From positions 4,154,001 through 4,218,000 of the forward strand of contig JBHGNT010000001.1 of NCBI GenBank assembly GCA_043228905.1: 64,000 nt of DNA. Direction: 5' to 3'. A program made the position numbers and the translations under genes. Of the stretch, positions 20,675-31,104 are shown in pieces (positions within the stretch are counted from its first letter, which is position 1; each line of letters starts with the position of its first letter). The notes beneath the pieces were generated by a model. It searched no databases. It worked only from the letters and a program-made list of their open reading frames with translations, and was not told the DNA's origin. The stretch is from Azolla caroliniana (Eukaryota > Plantae > Polypodiophyta).

Positions 20675-22794
20675 TCCTCTCGGTTATCGGAACCGAGGGA
20701 GTTGCGGTTACGCTCGTGGTTCGGCCTAACCGTCAAAAACTGGACCGAATGGCGCCCGTCCTGGCTCTTGACCCGCGCATAGGCCGAACCGTTGTCCAGC
20801 ACCTTGGTCTCCATTCGAGCCGCCGTGATGTACGGCTCTCCCAGTATGACGGGGTGCGATGACGACTCCTGCACGAAGAAGTGATGGTCTATCTCGACAT
20901 CGCCGATCTTGACCCGTACATTCGGGCAGGCCCCGTGAAGTTCCTCGGTGGCGCGCGTCGCCGCCCTTATCTTCCACCCGTGCTTGGTGTTGATCGGCCA
21001 TTTGCCCTTCTTATAGAAGTCCATGGACATCAGGTTGATTTCCGATCCGTGGTCCACCAAAGCTACTACCGGTTCCTGGACATCGCCGATCTTTACCGGG
21101 GTTTCCGTGGTCGCTCGGGCCCAGTGTGGCCGCGAATAGTGGCTCTCCGCCCACTCGTCTTTCAGCGCCATGTCGTCCAGGTGCGCCGTCCGCACCTCTA
21201 CCGGTCTTTCCGGTTCTGTCTCCGTTGACAGCCTCTTCCGTTTCACCAAGTCCACGATGGAGTCGTGGAACTCCTTCTTGGCGATTCCCAGCACCTCCCG
21301 TAGCGACAGCTCCACCTTGCTCTCGAGGATCCGTTCCTCCAGGACCTTTCGTAAGTCCGTGGTTCTTTCTATCTCCGTCCCCAGACGGTACCCGCCCTTC
21401 TGGGGTTTATCTTGCGTACCGGCCCCGCCGGCTTCGTCCCGTCGTGGCCCGGACCGGGTCTCGTATCGTTGTGAGGGCCCGGTCGTCCCGGGTTTCCCCA
21501 CCCGCTTCTCTTCTACCAGAGCCTCGTAGTTCCGGCAAGCGGCTTCCACGAAGCCCGTCTTTTCCTCGACCGGGTCGCTCCACCCGGTCATCTCCCGTAC
21601 CCGTTTCTCCGCACGGTCCGATTCCTCCCTTTTAAGCCCTGCACCGGCAAGGCCTTCCAGCATCGTCGGCCAGAATCCGGCTTTGCTTCCCTTTCGGGCC
21701 TCGCCGCCCCCGACTCGAATACCGGCCGACGCCGAGTAGTGGACGGTTTCCGCATGTCGGGCCGCCGCCTCTTCCATCAACCTCTTCATTCCGCCTCGCC
21801 CGTCGTTTCGGTTTAGGGCCCTTCTCGTGTCGTTGGCGTGAACCCGGCCTTCCCATAGGTACACCACCCGGTTCCTCAGCGCCTCTGCGAAATCGCCGCA
21901 GTATTTTCGGATGTGGCCGACCCCGTCGCACCACATGCACCTGTTCCCTGCCGCCGGCCGTCGGTCACGAGCAGGTCCTCCGTCTTCTCTGCGGGCCTGT
22001 GCGATTTGGAGGTCTTTTATCGCCCTCGTCAGCTCCTCCAACGCAGCTCCTCCAGTCGAGCCTCTGATCACGCCGGTCGGAGCTGAACCGGATTCCAGCC
22101 ACTCCCGAGTCTCTTCCCTTCGCACCGGCTGCGCCGGCTCGAGTTTCCTCGCCGCGACTGAGCCCGAACCGGTTGCTCTGTCATCCTCCCATTCTCGCCG
22201 TTTGTCGAAACGGCCGCAGGCTCTCTTGACCGCCGCCCAGTCGACTGTCAGCCCGTCTTCGGTTTCTAGCAGGGCGCCCACGTGACTCCGATCCCTCTCG
22301 TCAACCGATTTGACGAACAGCAGGACCCGGCTTGTATCCAGGACCATCCTGTCAAGCGCCGAAAGGCGCGCGAAGTTCTCCTCGAACTCCCGGAGGAGTG
22401 CCGACGCATTCCTTCCTTTCCCGGGAGACTCCACCCACTCCATGAAGCTTCGCTTCGAAAGCCGGAGCGCGTCGTCCAGTCCGTATTTCTCCAGGAGCCG
22501 ACCTTCGAACTCCTCCCAGGTACGGCTCTCCGCCCGCACCTCGAGCACCTCCGCGTGAATGCTCGGCATCGCCACTCGGGGAAAACCGGCAAGACGCCTG
22601 TCTTCCGGAATGTCCCGCATTAACATTTCCGCACCGTAGGACGCCAGGTACCTCGTGGCATCTTTTCCGGTGAATCGACCGATCGTTCCGACGACCGCCT
22701 CAATAGCTCTATCGAGGGCGCCGGTGCCCTCGCGCGCGCTTACTATCCGATCCACGGCCGAAGCCATGGCCTCTGCAAGATCCGCCCCCTTCAT
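20668..22794 (-). CDS. Gypsy D Gag plus aspartic protease (708 aa)
   Basis: GRFTGKDATRYL..WEEFE (capsid-like), CMWCDGVGHIRKYC knuckle, ALVDHGSEINLM..VILGEPY protease. Ends REDF-stop. Confidence 0.92.
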   Translation of the reverse strand: MKGADLAEAMASAVDRIVSAREGTGALDRAIEAVVGTIGRFTGKDATRYLASYGAEMLMRDIPEDRRLAGFPRVAMPSIHAEVLEVRAESRTWEEFEGRLLEKYGLDDALRLSKRSFMEWVESPGKGRNASALLREFEENFARLSALDRMVLDTSRVLLFVKSVDERDRSHVGALLETEDGLTVDWAAVKRACGRFDKRREWEDDRATGSGSVAARKLEPAQPVRREETREWLESGSAPTGVIRGSTGGAALEELTRAIKDLQIAQARREDGGPARDRRPAAGNRCMWCDGVGHIRKYCGDFAEALRNRVVYLWEGRVHANDTRRALNRNDGRGGMKRLMEEAAARHAETVHYSASAGIRVGGGEARKGSKAGFWPTMLEGLAGAGLKREESDRAEKRVREMTGWSDPVEEKTGFVEAACRNYEALVEEKRVGKPGTTGPSQRYETRSGPRRDEAGGAGTQDKPQKGGYRLGTEIERTTDLRKVLEERILESKVELSLREVLGIAKKEFHDSIVDLVKRKRLSTETEPERPVEVRTAHLDDMALKDEWAESHYSRPHWARATTETPVKIGDVQEPVVALVDHGSEINLMSMDFYKKGKWPINTKHGWKIRAATRATEELHGACPNVRVKIGDVEIDHHFFVQESSSHPVILGEPYITAARMETKVLDNGSAYARVKSQDGRHSVQFLTVRPNHERNRNSLGSDNREDF

Positions 22795-22816
22795 TTCCTA
22801 CTCTTCTGCCGCCTCT

Positions 22817-22834
22817 TTCACGTCGGGTTCACCA
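22817..22834 (-). promoter_or_regulatory. Primer-binding site of Gypsy D, tRNA-Trp type
   Basis: TGGTGAACCCGACGTGAA 3 nt after the 5' LTR. Complementary to the 3' end of plant cytosolic tRNA-Trp (..TTCACGTCGGGTTCACCA) as I recall it; needs database confirmation. Confidence 0.8.
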
Positions 22835-22837
22835 AGA

Positions 22838-23533
22838 TGTCGGGGTTGCTACGCCCTTGCGTGCAGAAAGGAGGAGGGACCACGGGGGTCTTGGACCGAA
22901 GAGCAAGAGAGAGAGGAGTAAGAGAGAGAGACCCGATTACACAGAACCGAAGATTGCATAGGGACACGGCCCAACAAACAGAGATCACAAATAAACGCCG
23001 ACGCAGATGGACGTAACAACGAAAGATACGTACTTACGAATGCAAGAAAATAACAGACTAAAGTATTACAACCCACGGTGGGGCACGAAATAGATACTAA
23101 TGAAAACGAACAGGGCGGCGAACAGATGCCGACCCCTGTATGTCGCGACGCACAGAAAGGGAAAACAGGTCGGAGGTGCTGCAGGACGCGCTCGGGGCGT
23201 TCCACGGAACAGCGCAAGCCTCCTCGAAACCTGCACAGGTACGCGATGGAGCAGAAGACAGAGAAGGCAGGAGTGAGAGAGAAGCTCCGAAATCGGTTCG
23301 GCAGCACTTCGTCCTCTCCGCGCGAGATCTCCCACTTCTAGTCTTCCTCTTCCTTTTTATAGCCCATCAAGAGGCCGTTTGGCATTAACGGCACACCAAC
23401 CGAATCTACCCACCTAGGATCCTCGTATGTACCTACTTCATCCTTAGGTACTTCTTGGCGCGCGTGTGTGTGTAAAGCCGTTTCCCACGCCTTGTTCCTC
23501 CGATTCCTCTTGTGGGCGGTTTTCTTCACGACA
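22838..23533 (-). repeat. Gypsy D 5' LTR
   Basis: TG..CA ends, followed by the PBS on the minus strand. Confidence 0.97.
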
Positions 23534-23537
23534 CCGG

Positions 23538-26500
23538 GTCCATAGCGATGCCTTCTTGACTGACAATGTGGCCAAGAAGGTTGCCGCTGGTGACTAAGAA
23601 CGCGCATTTCGCCGGGTTTAAGCTCAATCGAGCTTGGCGACATCGGTCCAGGCAGAGTCGTAACTGGGTCATGTGTTCCCATCGATGGCCATACACGGCG
23701 GAACGCGCATTTCGCCGGGTTTAAGCTCAATCGAGCTTGGCGACATCGGTCCAGGCAGAGTCGTAACTGGGTCATGTGTTCCCATCGATGGCCATACACG
23801 GCGAAATTGTCGAGAAAGACTTGCATGAACGCCGGGATGTAGTCATGAAAGATTTCGGTGATGATGCGTTGGAACGTAGCTGGCGCCGTTTTTAGACCGA
23901 ACATCATTACTTCTGCTACAAAAACACCCCATTCCGTGACGAAAGCGGTTTTCTCCTGATCCTCCGGGTGCATTCTTATCTGGTTATAGCCGTTGAACCC
24001 ATCGAGGAAACTGTAGCATTCGTGGCCGTCGGTGACTGTTGCCGCGTTAAGCTTCCGATAGTCGACGCAGACGCGGATTTTTCCGTTCTTCTTTGCAACC
24101 ACTACGATCAGGCTCAACCACGTGGCCCGTTTAACAGGGCAAATGAAGCCCACTCGGAGTAGTTTTTCGATTTCCTCTTTGACTTTAGCGGCGTAGTTGG
24201 GATTCATCCTGTAGCGCCTCTGCTGAACTGGCCGAGTGTCGGGTAAGATGTGAATTTGATGTTGGTAGTATTGAGGATCCAGCCCCTTCATATTGGTGTA
24301 AGACCAAGCGAAAACATCCTGGTATTCGGTGAGCAATTTTACGAGGCATGCCCGTTCTCCGGTTGGTAGATTATTGGCAATTTGTAACGTACGGGGATTC
24401 TCGTCCGAACCGAGGTTTATTGTTTCCAGGGTTGATGCTTTCACTCGTTGTGAAATGGCGAGTTCACGTTCGAAAGCCTCCCGAGCATGACGTAGCTCGG
24501 CAACTGTGGTTGGATCTGGTTCATCTTGGGGTGGTGACTCCTCCGTGACTTCCTTGTCTTTAGATGGCTCGATGGTTGGTAAGGCATTGATTTTGAAGAG
24601 AGGGATGATCGTGGGATGATCATCTAGAAAGTCATCGACCTCCTCATCGGCCAAACCGTCAAGCATATGGACCCCTTCCGCGTATAATGGCGAAGTGTTG
24701 AGGGCGACAGGGACTCGTTCTTCAGTGATGATTCAGACTTTTGTCTTGCCTCTTCGGAACGAGATCATGTTGCATTGCCAATGTTGCTTGATATTCGTTG
24801 TACGCAACCATGGTCGACCTAGTAACATTGGGTAGATGCCTTGTGTCTCCAATCTTAACACGACGGCCGAGATCGTGAACATGTGGCCTCCGAGTGTGAA
24901 GTCGAGATGGCGGATTAAACCAATGGGGCGAACGGAGTGGGTGTCAGCCATCCGAAGCCAAAAGGGGCATGGTTCCCATTGATTCAGGCCGAGGTTAAAA
25001 CACGTTGACTCGCTAATAACGTTTACGCCGGATACGCCGTCGATGATGCATCCGTGCAGGTCTTGTCCCTTAATGATGATTCGCACGGCTGGGTTCTGAG
25101 AATCCATGAGTGGTGGACCGGTTCCTGCTTCGGTGAGGTGTACTGGTGGCGTCACGGGCTTAGTATTGGCCTGGAGTGCCGCCAGGGTGTCCCGAAATCT
25201 CGGCATGAGTGGTAACAGTTTATGTAGGGGCAGCGAGATGCGGGAGTTGGTAAGAACATCCCATAGTTGGTCGTCCTCCGATGATGTGGATGGTGTCGAG
25301 GTTTGTGGTACTTCACTGGGCCCGTCTCTCATGTCAGTTTGCATGCGTACGACATTATTTTTATTGGTCGTGTCCATCCATTCTTTTGCTGCCTGACGTA
25401 CTTCATCCTGGATTTGCCACTGAGTAGTTTGCGCTTTACTCCGGGTAGTGACCGTTTGAACATCGGCCATGATACTGTTCACCGTGGGTGCCTTGCCACA
25501 ATTGGTTGTTGGACATTGCGTGGCGTAGTGGCCTAGTTGGTTACATTTAAAACATGTAACGTTGGCCGAGCTGCTGGTGTCCGCTCGGTCTGTCTGTGGA
25601 AGTTGTTGTTGTTGATTCTCTGTCTCGTTTGGTGGTGGGTTGTTCCGAGGTGCGTTGGAGTTGCGCTGGTCATTTTGAGGAGCGTCCTGTCGGCGGTTGT
25701 CGTTAGGTCTTCTATTGTTGCGTGTATTGCGGTTGCCGTTTCTCCGATCAATGCGTGAGTTCTGTCGGTCATACCGGTCATCGCGATCATCATCATATCG
25801 AGCATAATCGTCGTGCCGGTCATCGCGATAATGATCACGGCGGTCATCACGTTGGTAGTCGTCGTCTCGACATCGTCAATCCGGGGATCGCGGTCGGTCG
25901 TTATCCTGGTCTCGATAGACATATCGCTCGTCCTGCCGAGAGTATGTATTTCGTGGCTCAATCTGGGGGGCCGGTGCCGCCGTTGTGCGGTTCAACATAT
26001 TATATTCACATTGCTCAACAGTATGAGCTCGAGACTGACAGATCGGACACTGTGGTCGGTGGGGACATTCGAGGGCCAGGTGCCCTGATCCTGAACACGC
26101 CGTGCATTGGAGGGCTTGGCGAAAGCGATTGTCCTCTTGGGGAAGAGCGTTTTGCAAGGATGTCATCGAGAAGGCTGCGCCGTGCTGGGTCCGATCGAGG
26201 GCAAGAACCCGTGCTATGACTTGTTCGATAGTATGGTTGGCGAAATTTGTAAGTGCGAGAGTCGTTCAGGGAGGCTCTCATAAACTGGATAGGAAAGTGT
26301 CCGGTATATGTTGTGCCAAGACATCATCGGCCACTTGTCTGTAGAGATCTTGGAACCGGATCGTGAATTGCGCGACCATTTCGTGTGGTTCCTGGCATAT
26401 AGAGAAGAATTGTCGGAGCAGTTCTCGTTTAGGCACCTCGTGATGAAAGAGTTCAAGGAACTTTGTGCGCACGATTTGGAAAGTGGTGGCCTCTCCTATT

Positions 26501-26820
26501 TCGAGGCGAGAGTACCATCGTGCGGCCGGTCCATCGAGGGAGAGTGTGAACTCGGCAAGCTTTGAGGCATTGATCTCGGCTGGCGTGAGGCGGTGCGTTG
26601 AGTGGTTGGCCTGCCACGTGGATATGAAGGCACGGATGTGTGACTCCGCGTCTGGTCCGTCGGTGTATCGTGGGTATGGGTACGGCATGATGTCGTACTC
26701 TGGGTCCTCTGGTAGCACTGGAAAAGGGTTTAGTTCCGGTTGATTGACCTCCGGAGGGCTCGTCGGGGGTTTTGGTGGTGAATCAACTCGCGATCGAGTG
26801 TCCAGTGGCGAGGATTGCAC
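23538..26820 (-). pseudogene. Gypsy C gag, protease and RT (disrupted)
   Basis: EFTLSLDGPAARWY (gag); knuckles CTACSGSGHLALEC, CPICQSRAHTVEQC and CFKCNQLGHYATQC; IIDGVSGVNVI..LLGRPWL (protease); RVCVDYRKLN, FLDGFNGYNQI, MFGLKTAPATFQR, FLDNF (RT). Confidence 0.9.
23599..23802. repeat. ~103-bp perfect tandem duplication inside Gypsy C RT
   Basis: AACGCGCATTTCGCCGGG...CATACACGGCG occurs twice head-to-tail (23599 and 23702). Confidence 0.9.
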
Positions 26821-27011
26821 TGGGGAAGCCTCCGATTGCTCGGGAAAGGATTGGTCAGTGACCGCCGAATCGGAAGTTCCTTCGACTGGCTCAGGGCGTC
26901 GGGCGGGTGGCCGAGACCTCGTGGTGCGAGAGGGCGCTGTAACGGGGGCTGGTGGTTACCTTCAACGAAGTTCACTGTGCACTCACAGCTGTAACCGGGC
27001 ATGCCAAATTG

Positions 27012-27469
27012 TGTTACCCGTTTCTTTGGGTGAACACCTTCGATAGATCTACGGCTATCGGTATTCAAGGGCATGGTACGTGAAGGCTCGTAACAGAGGC
27101 GTCGAGAGAGAGACAGTGATCAGAGAGAAAACACTAACGAGATCTTGGCAGGCGTGGGCGGCGCTCAAATCATAGGTATGAATCAAAGCATAGACACATG
27201 GAGCAAACTGGGCACAATTCAGATATATTACTGCGACAGAAAAGATTACAGAACACGGCCTACGGCCGGTGACCTTACAAGATTATCTAGTTACGAGGGG
27301 CTCAACTAGTGCTTCCGCCTATATTTTTCTTCTCTCCCTCCCTCTGAGGTATTGGTCCTCGTTTAAATAACTTTTCCCCTAATACACAACCGAGCCGTCG
27401 GTGGCCCGTGATACTCGGACTCGGTGTTTCCTAATTTCCTAATTTTACATTTCTGTCCTCTAGACAACA
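27012..27469 (-). repeat. Gypsy C 5' LTR
   Basis: Direct repeat of 10234-10689. Confidence 0.95.
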
Positions 27470-27474
27470 ACAGG

Positions 27475-27677
27475 TGCATCCGAATCGTGGCGCGGACGAT
27501 TCTGTCCAGCTTCTGCCACTCATTTGCCTTGTATATTTCTGGAGCAATTTCATTCTCAATCGGATCGATTTGACCCTTGACTATAAGATAGTCTTGCATT
27601 TGCTCCTTCCAAAAATTGAAGTTCGAACTGTCGAACCTCCTTAGACTCATTTCCGATGAGCCGGATGTTGATGCCAT
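27475..27677 (-). pseudogene. Copia A gag N-terminus
   Basis: MASTSGSSEMSLRRFDSSNFNFWKEQMQDYLIVKGQIDPI..ATIRMHL matches the start of the Copia E ORF. Confidence 0.92.
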
Positions 27678-28572
27678 CAGATTCGGTTTCGGTTGACGAA
27701 GCTCGGTTCGGAGTTGACTACGAACTTTGTTGGAGTGCAGTTGGTCGGCTCACCTGATATCGTTCTAGTCGGATTTGAACACGAGTCAGTTTGGTTTTGG
27801 ATATATGTATTGTTGAACTTGCTCGAATTGACTCCTGTAACTTGAGGGACATAACCGACTGGTCTCCCCGAATGTTGCCGAGTCGGAGTGAGCCCGGTTC
27901 GCTTCCGGATATATATGCCAAATACCAATTATTGAAACCGATTGTCTGGACCGATTCTGCTTCGGGTGACTGCAGCGACGAGAGAGACGGATCCAATTGA
28001 TCCTCCCGAATGTCGATCAACCGGATGAAGCACGAATTGGGGTTGTTGTCTTGAGACCGATCTGCACCGAGTGGTTACAACGGGCGGCGAGCAGCGTTCG
28101 GTGACCTGTTCGGATGCCGTTTAACCGAGTGGAGCACGATCGTGTCAATGTTGCACAAGGGGATTTCACCTCGAATTGGGGTTGTTGTCTTGAGACCAAT
28201 CTGCACCGATGAAGCACGAATTGGGGTTGTTGTCTTGAGACCGATCTGCACCTAGTGGTTACAACGGGCGGCGAGCAGCGTTCAGTGACCTGTTCGGATG
28301 CCGTTTCAACCGGATGAAGCACGATCGTGTCAATGTTGCACAAGGGGATTTCACCTCGAGCGGTTACGATCACAAGGAACAGAGTACAGCCGGCTGGCTT
28401 ACTCCAAGCGAAGATGATCTAATGTGATGAGATGCAAGCCTCATTTTTCTTCTTCTTCTCTCTTCTCTGTTTCTTCAAATACAATACAGAAAAAAAAAAC
28501 AGAATGTTGTGATCCAAAGATTCGAATGGTGGCCGGCAGCGGGATGAATGACGTCCAAGCTCTGATACCAAA

Positions 28573-28897
28573 TGTAGGGGATGAACAAGGCCGTCAGTGC
28601 AAAAGAGATCACGTAGTATGAGACTGTGAGGAGGAAATACCTGCGTATGAAAAAGGCAAGAACAAAATACGCACAGAGAGAGATAGGGAGAGCGAGAGGC
28701 ACAAAGAATATATCTATATTCATAAAAGGGCAACAACTATAACAATGAACAACCAACGTTTACAAAAGGTTACAAAGTCACTTTATATAGTGACTCACTT
28801 AGGGCAACTGCCCTTTATGTTATTTATAGAAATAGCCTGAACTTGGGCTCTCTAAGAGGATAGTGTGAATACGTCCATTATACATTTGTATTCGACA
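28573..28897 (-). repeat. Copia A 5' LTR (325 bp)
   Basis: Matches 678-929; adjacent PBS and TSD. Confidence 0.93.
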
Positions 28898-31104
28898 CTT
28901 TTCATGAGTAGATCGGTGGAGCTTCTCCTTTGCGGATACTAAGGCTTTCTTCGCTCCATTTGTCCGGATGTCAAGACCTTCGAACTCATTATCAAGGGAG
29001 TGAATTGATTCGTTGTCGTCGAAGTGATTGTCTTCATATTTCAACATTTTCGCCTTCCCTTTGTCCAGCTTCGGACTCGCTGAGATGTGCTTTGATCGCT
29101 CAGAGGCTCTTGTGGCCCAGTGAGCCTTGTCGTAATCAGGCTTTCTTCGAACATGCGTGTGAGTCAATCTTCGGCTTCTATCTCTATTTCAGCGGATTCC
29201 GGGTCGAGCGGAATCGGAGTCAAATTGTCTGTGGTGCATACCAAGATGCAGACTCGTCAAAAATGACGTCTCGACTTACTTGAGATTTTCAAGTTGAGGG
29301 ATTATAGCACTTGTACCCCTTTTGCTCTAGTGAGTATCCTATGAGGATACATTTCTCTGACTTCGGGTCGAGCTTTTGTTGCTTTTCGTCGGGGATGTGC
29401 ACATACGGAATGGAACCGAATATCCGAACATGTGATAGATCCAACTTCTTTCTGAAAAACTTCTCGTGCGGCGTGAGTTCATACACGCTGGATGTCGTAC
29501 ACCAATTCATGAGATAAACGGCCATGTTAGTTGCTTCCGCCCAATACGATTTCGGCATGTGGTTTTCATTAAGCATAGCTCGTGCCATGCTAGCTACTTT
29601 CCGCCCATTCTTGATGCGACGTCATATGGTTCGAGGCACCGGAATCGACGAACCATACGTCTTCCGGACTGGAGGCACTAGTAGAAGTAGAGGCCGACAT
29701 AGAATTCGCTTTATGTCTCATTACGAATAATCCACTGTAGTCGTCGTACTCGAAGTCGGCGGCGTAATTGGTGAGTTATCGACTAGTGGAAGCCGACTCA
29801 CGCATCTTCTTTCGGCACTCTTCTTCACGGTGGCCGAATTTGCCACGATATCCACATTCAATTGAGGTTTGTTGACTCAAAAAGGAATGGTGGATCCCCC
29901 TTCTTCTGAAGGTTCCTCAATGGCCTCCATCTTGTTGCCGTAATTGAGAGTTGTTTTCGTAAACCGGGCCTCGTCCGGCTCGTCCTTGGCCGAATCGGCC
30001 TCTTCTTGCATGGCCACGTCCTCTTCCTCTGTCCGAATGCATGTAGAGCATGTGGCCTTCCGAGGCATTGCTCCTCGTTCGAACATGGTTTTCTTTGACC
30101 AACAACATGGATTGAGGATCGAAGGAGGAGGGCGGATTCTCCCATTGTTGAGGAAATCCTCGTGTGTTCGCGAAATGAAGCGGGACCACCGGGGTCCTAG
30201 ACCGGAAGGATTCGATGCTTTTAGCAGCGTAAGCGAGAAAGTATTGAAGATAGATAGATGGATGAAGAGAGAGAGAGAGAGAGATTGAGATAGAGATAGA
30301 GATTGAACCCTTGACTTTAGTTTTATGAGACAAGATACATCACCATAAAGATAACTCCGATCTTTGATTAAAAATTTCTTTTTTTTACTTACATCACTTG
30401 CCTCCCTTACACAAGCCCAACTATAGGCTTTTATAGGTCTCTCCATGCAAAAACCATGAGCTAAACCCACAGGCTGAAACCATGGGTTAAAACCACGGGC
30501 TAAAACCACGAGTTGAAACCATGGTTTTGTGCCCACGGTTTTTATATGTTTACTTCCTACAAATTATTGAATATGAAAAGAATATATACAAATTTTAAAG
30601 CACTCAGTAGTGGCTTTAGTGGTAAGTTAATTTGTTTCCTATCTTGGAGGTGCAAGGTTCAAGCCTTGTTTTTTCCCCTATGTATGCACTTAAATGTTAC
30701 TGGGCTTTAGTCTTAAATTTATATTTACAATTGAGCGCACATCACATGTGCACATGTTTTAACTTTACATCTAGTTTTTCTTTTACGATTCTCATTTCAG
30801 TCCTATTTACAACATGCTAGCATATGCATGTGGTCTTCTCCTCTTTCACACATGCACATTGCACCTTCTTGATTTCATTCGTTGCACACAATTTTCACAC
30901 CGTTGCCGAAAATCTTTGCGACATCCACCCCCACCAAACCGCACGTCCTCCAATACATGCCAAGAAGAGAGAGTGTCAGATTTCGGCTACAGTGATTAGT
31001 ATGATTCCTCCGTTTCGAGCATGTCCATTCCCTTCACTCGAACCATTGTCGCCATCCAATCCGCCATATCATTCGCTCATTCTTTGCTTTACCATGACTA
31101 GTTG

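Larger units (their letters stand above)
16412..23533 (-). mobile_element. Gypsy D: young, apparently intact Ty3/Gypsy element inserted into the RT of Gypsy C
   Basis: 696-bp LTRs 16412-17107 and 22838-23533, one substitution noticed (16772 vs 23198). 4-bp TSD CCGG at 16408-16411 and 23534-23537; removal restores AMDPDKVKAI in the host. PBS 22817-22834; PPT-like AGGTGGGGGCGGA 17108-17120. Confidence 0.96.
10234..27469 (-). mobile_element. Gypsy C: decayed non-chromovirus-type Ty3/Gypsy element with an extra 3' ORF, inserted into Copia A gag
   Basis: LTRs 10234-10689 and 27012-27469 differ at about a dozen positions. TSD ATAGG/ACAGG. PBS-like TGGCATGCCCGG just inside 27012. Domain order is gag-PR-RT-RH-INT. 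Confidence 0.92.
678..28897 (-). mobile_element. Copia A: full-length but decayed Ty1/Copia element, same family as intact Copia E; hosts elements B and C
   Basis: LTRs 678-929 and 28573-28897 (TG..CA). TSD CTTTT at 673-677 and 28898-28902. PBS TGGTATCAGAGC adjacent to 28570; PPT GGGGGAG adjacent to 930. Internal ORF fragments are near-identical in protein to ORF 52608..56624. Confidence 0.95.

Noticed and set aside
22817-22834. tRNA gene
   Set aside because: Only the 18-nt 3' end including CCA is present, next to an LTR; it is a PBS (same at 33494-33511).
23338-24666. 442-aa ORF as a novel RT fusion protein
   Set aside because: Chimeric: Gypsy C RT frameshifted by the 103-bp duplication and reading into the D LTR.
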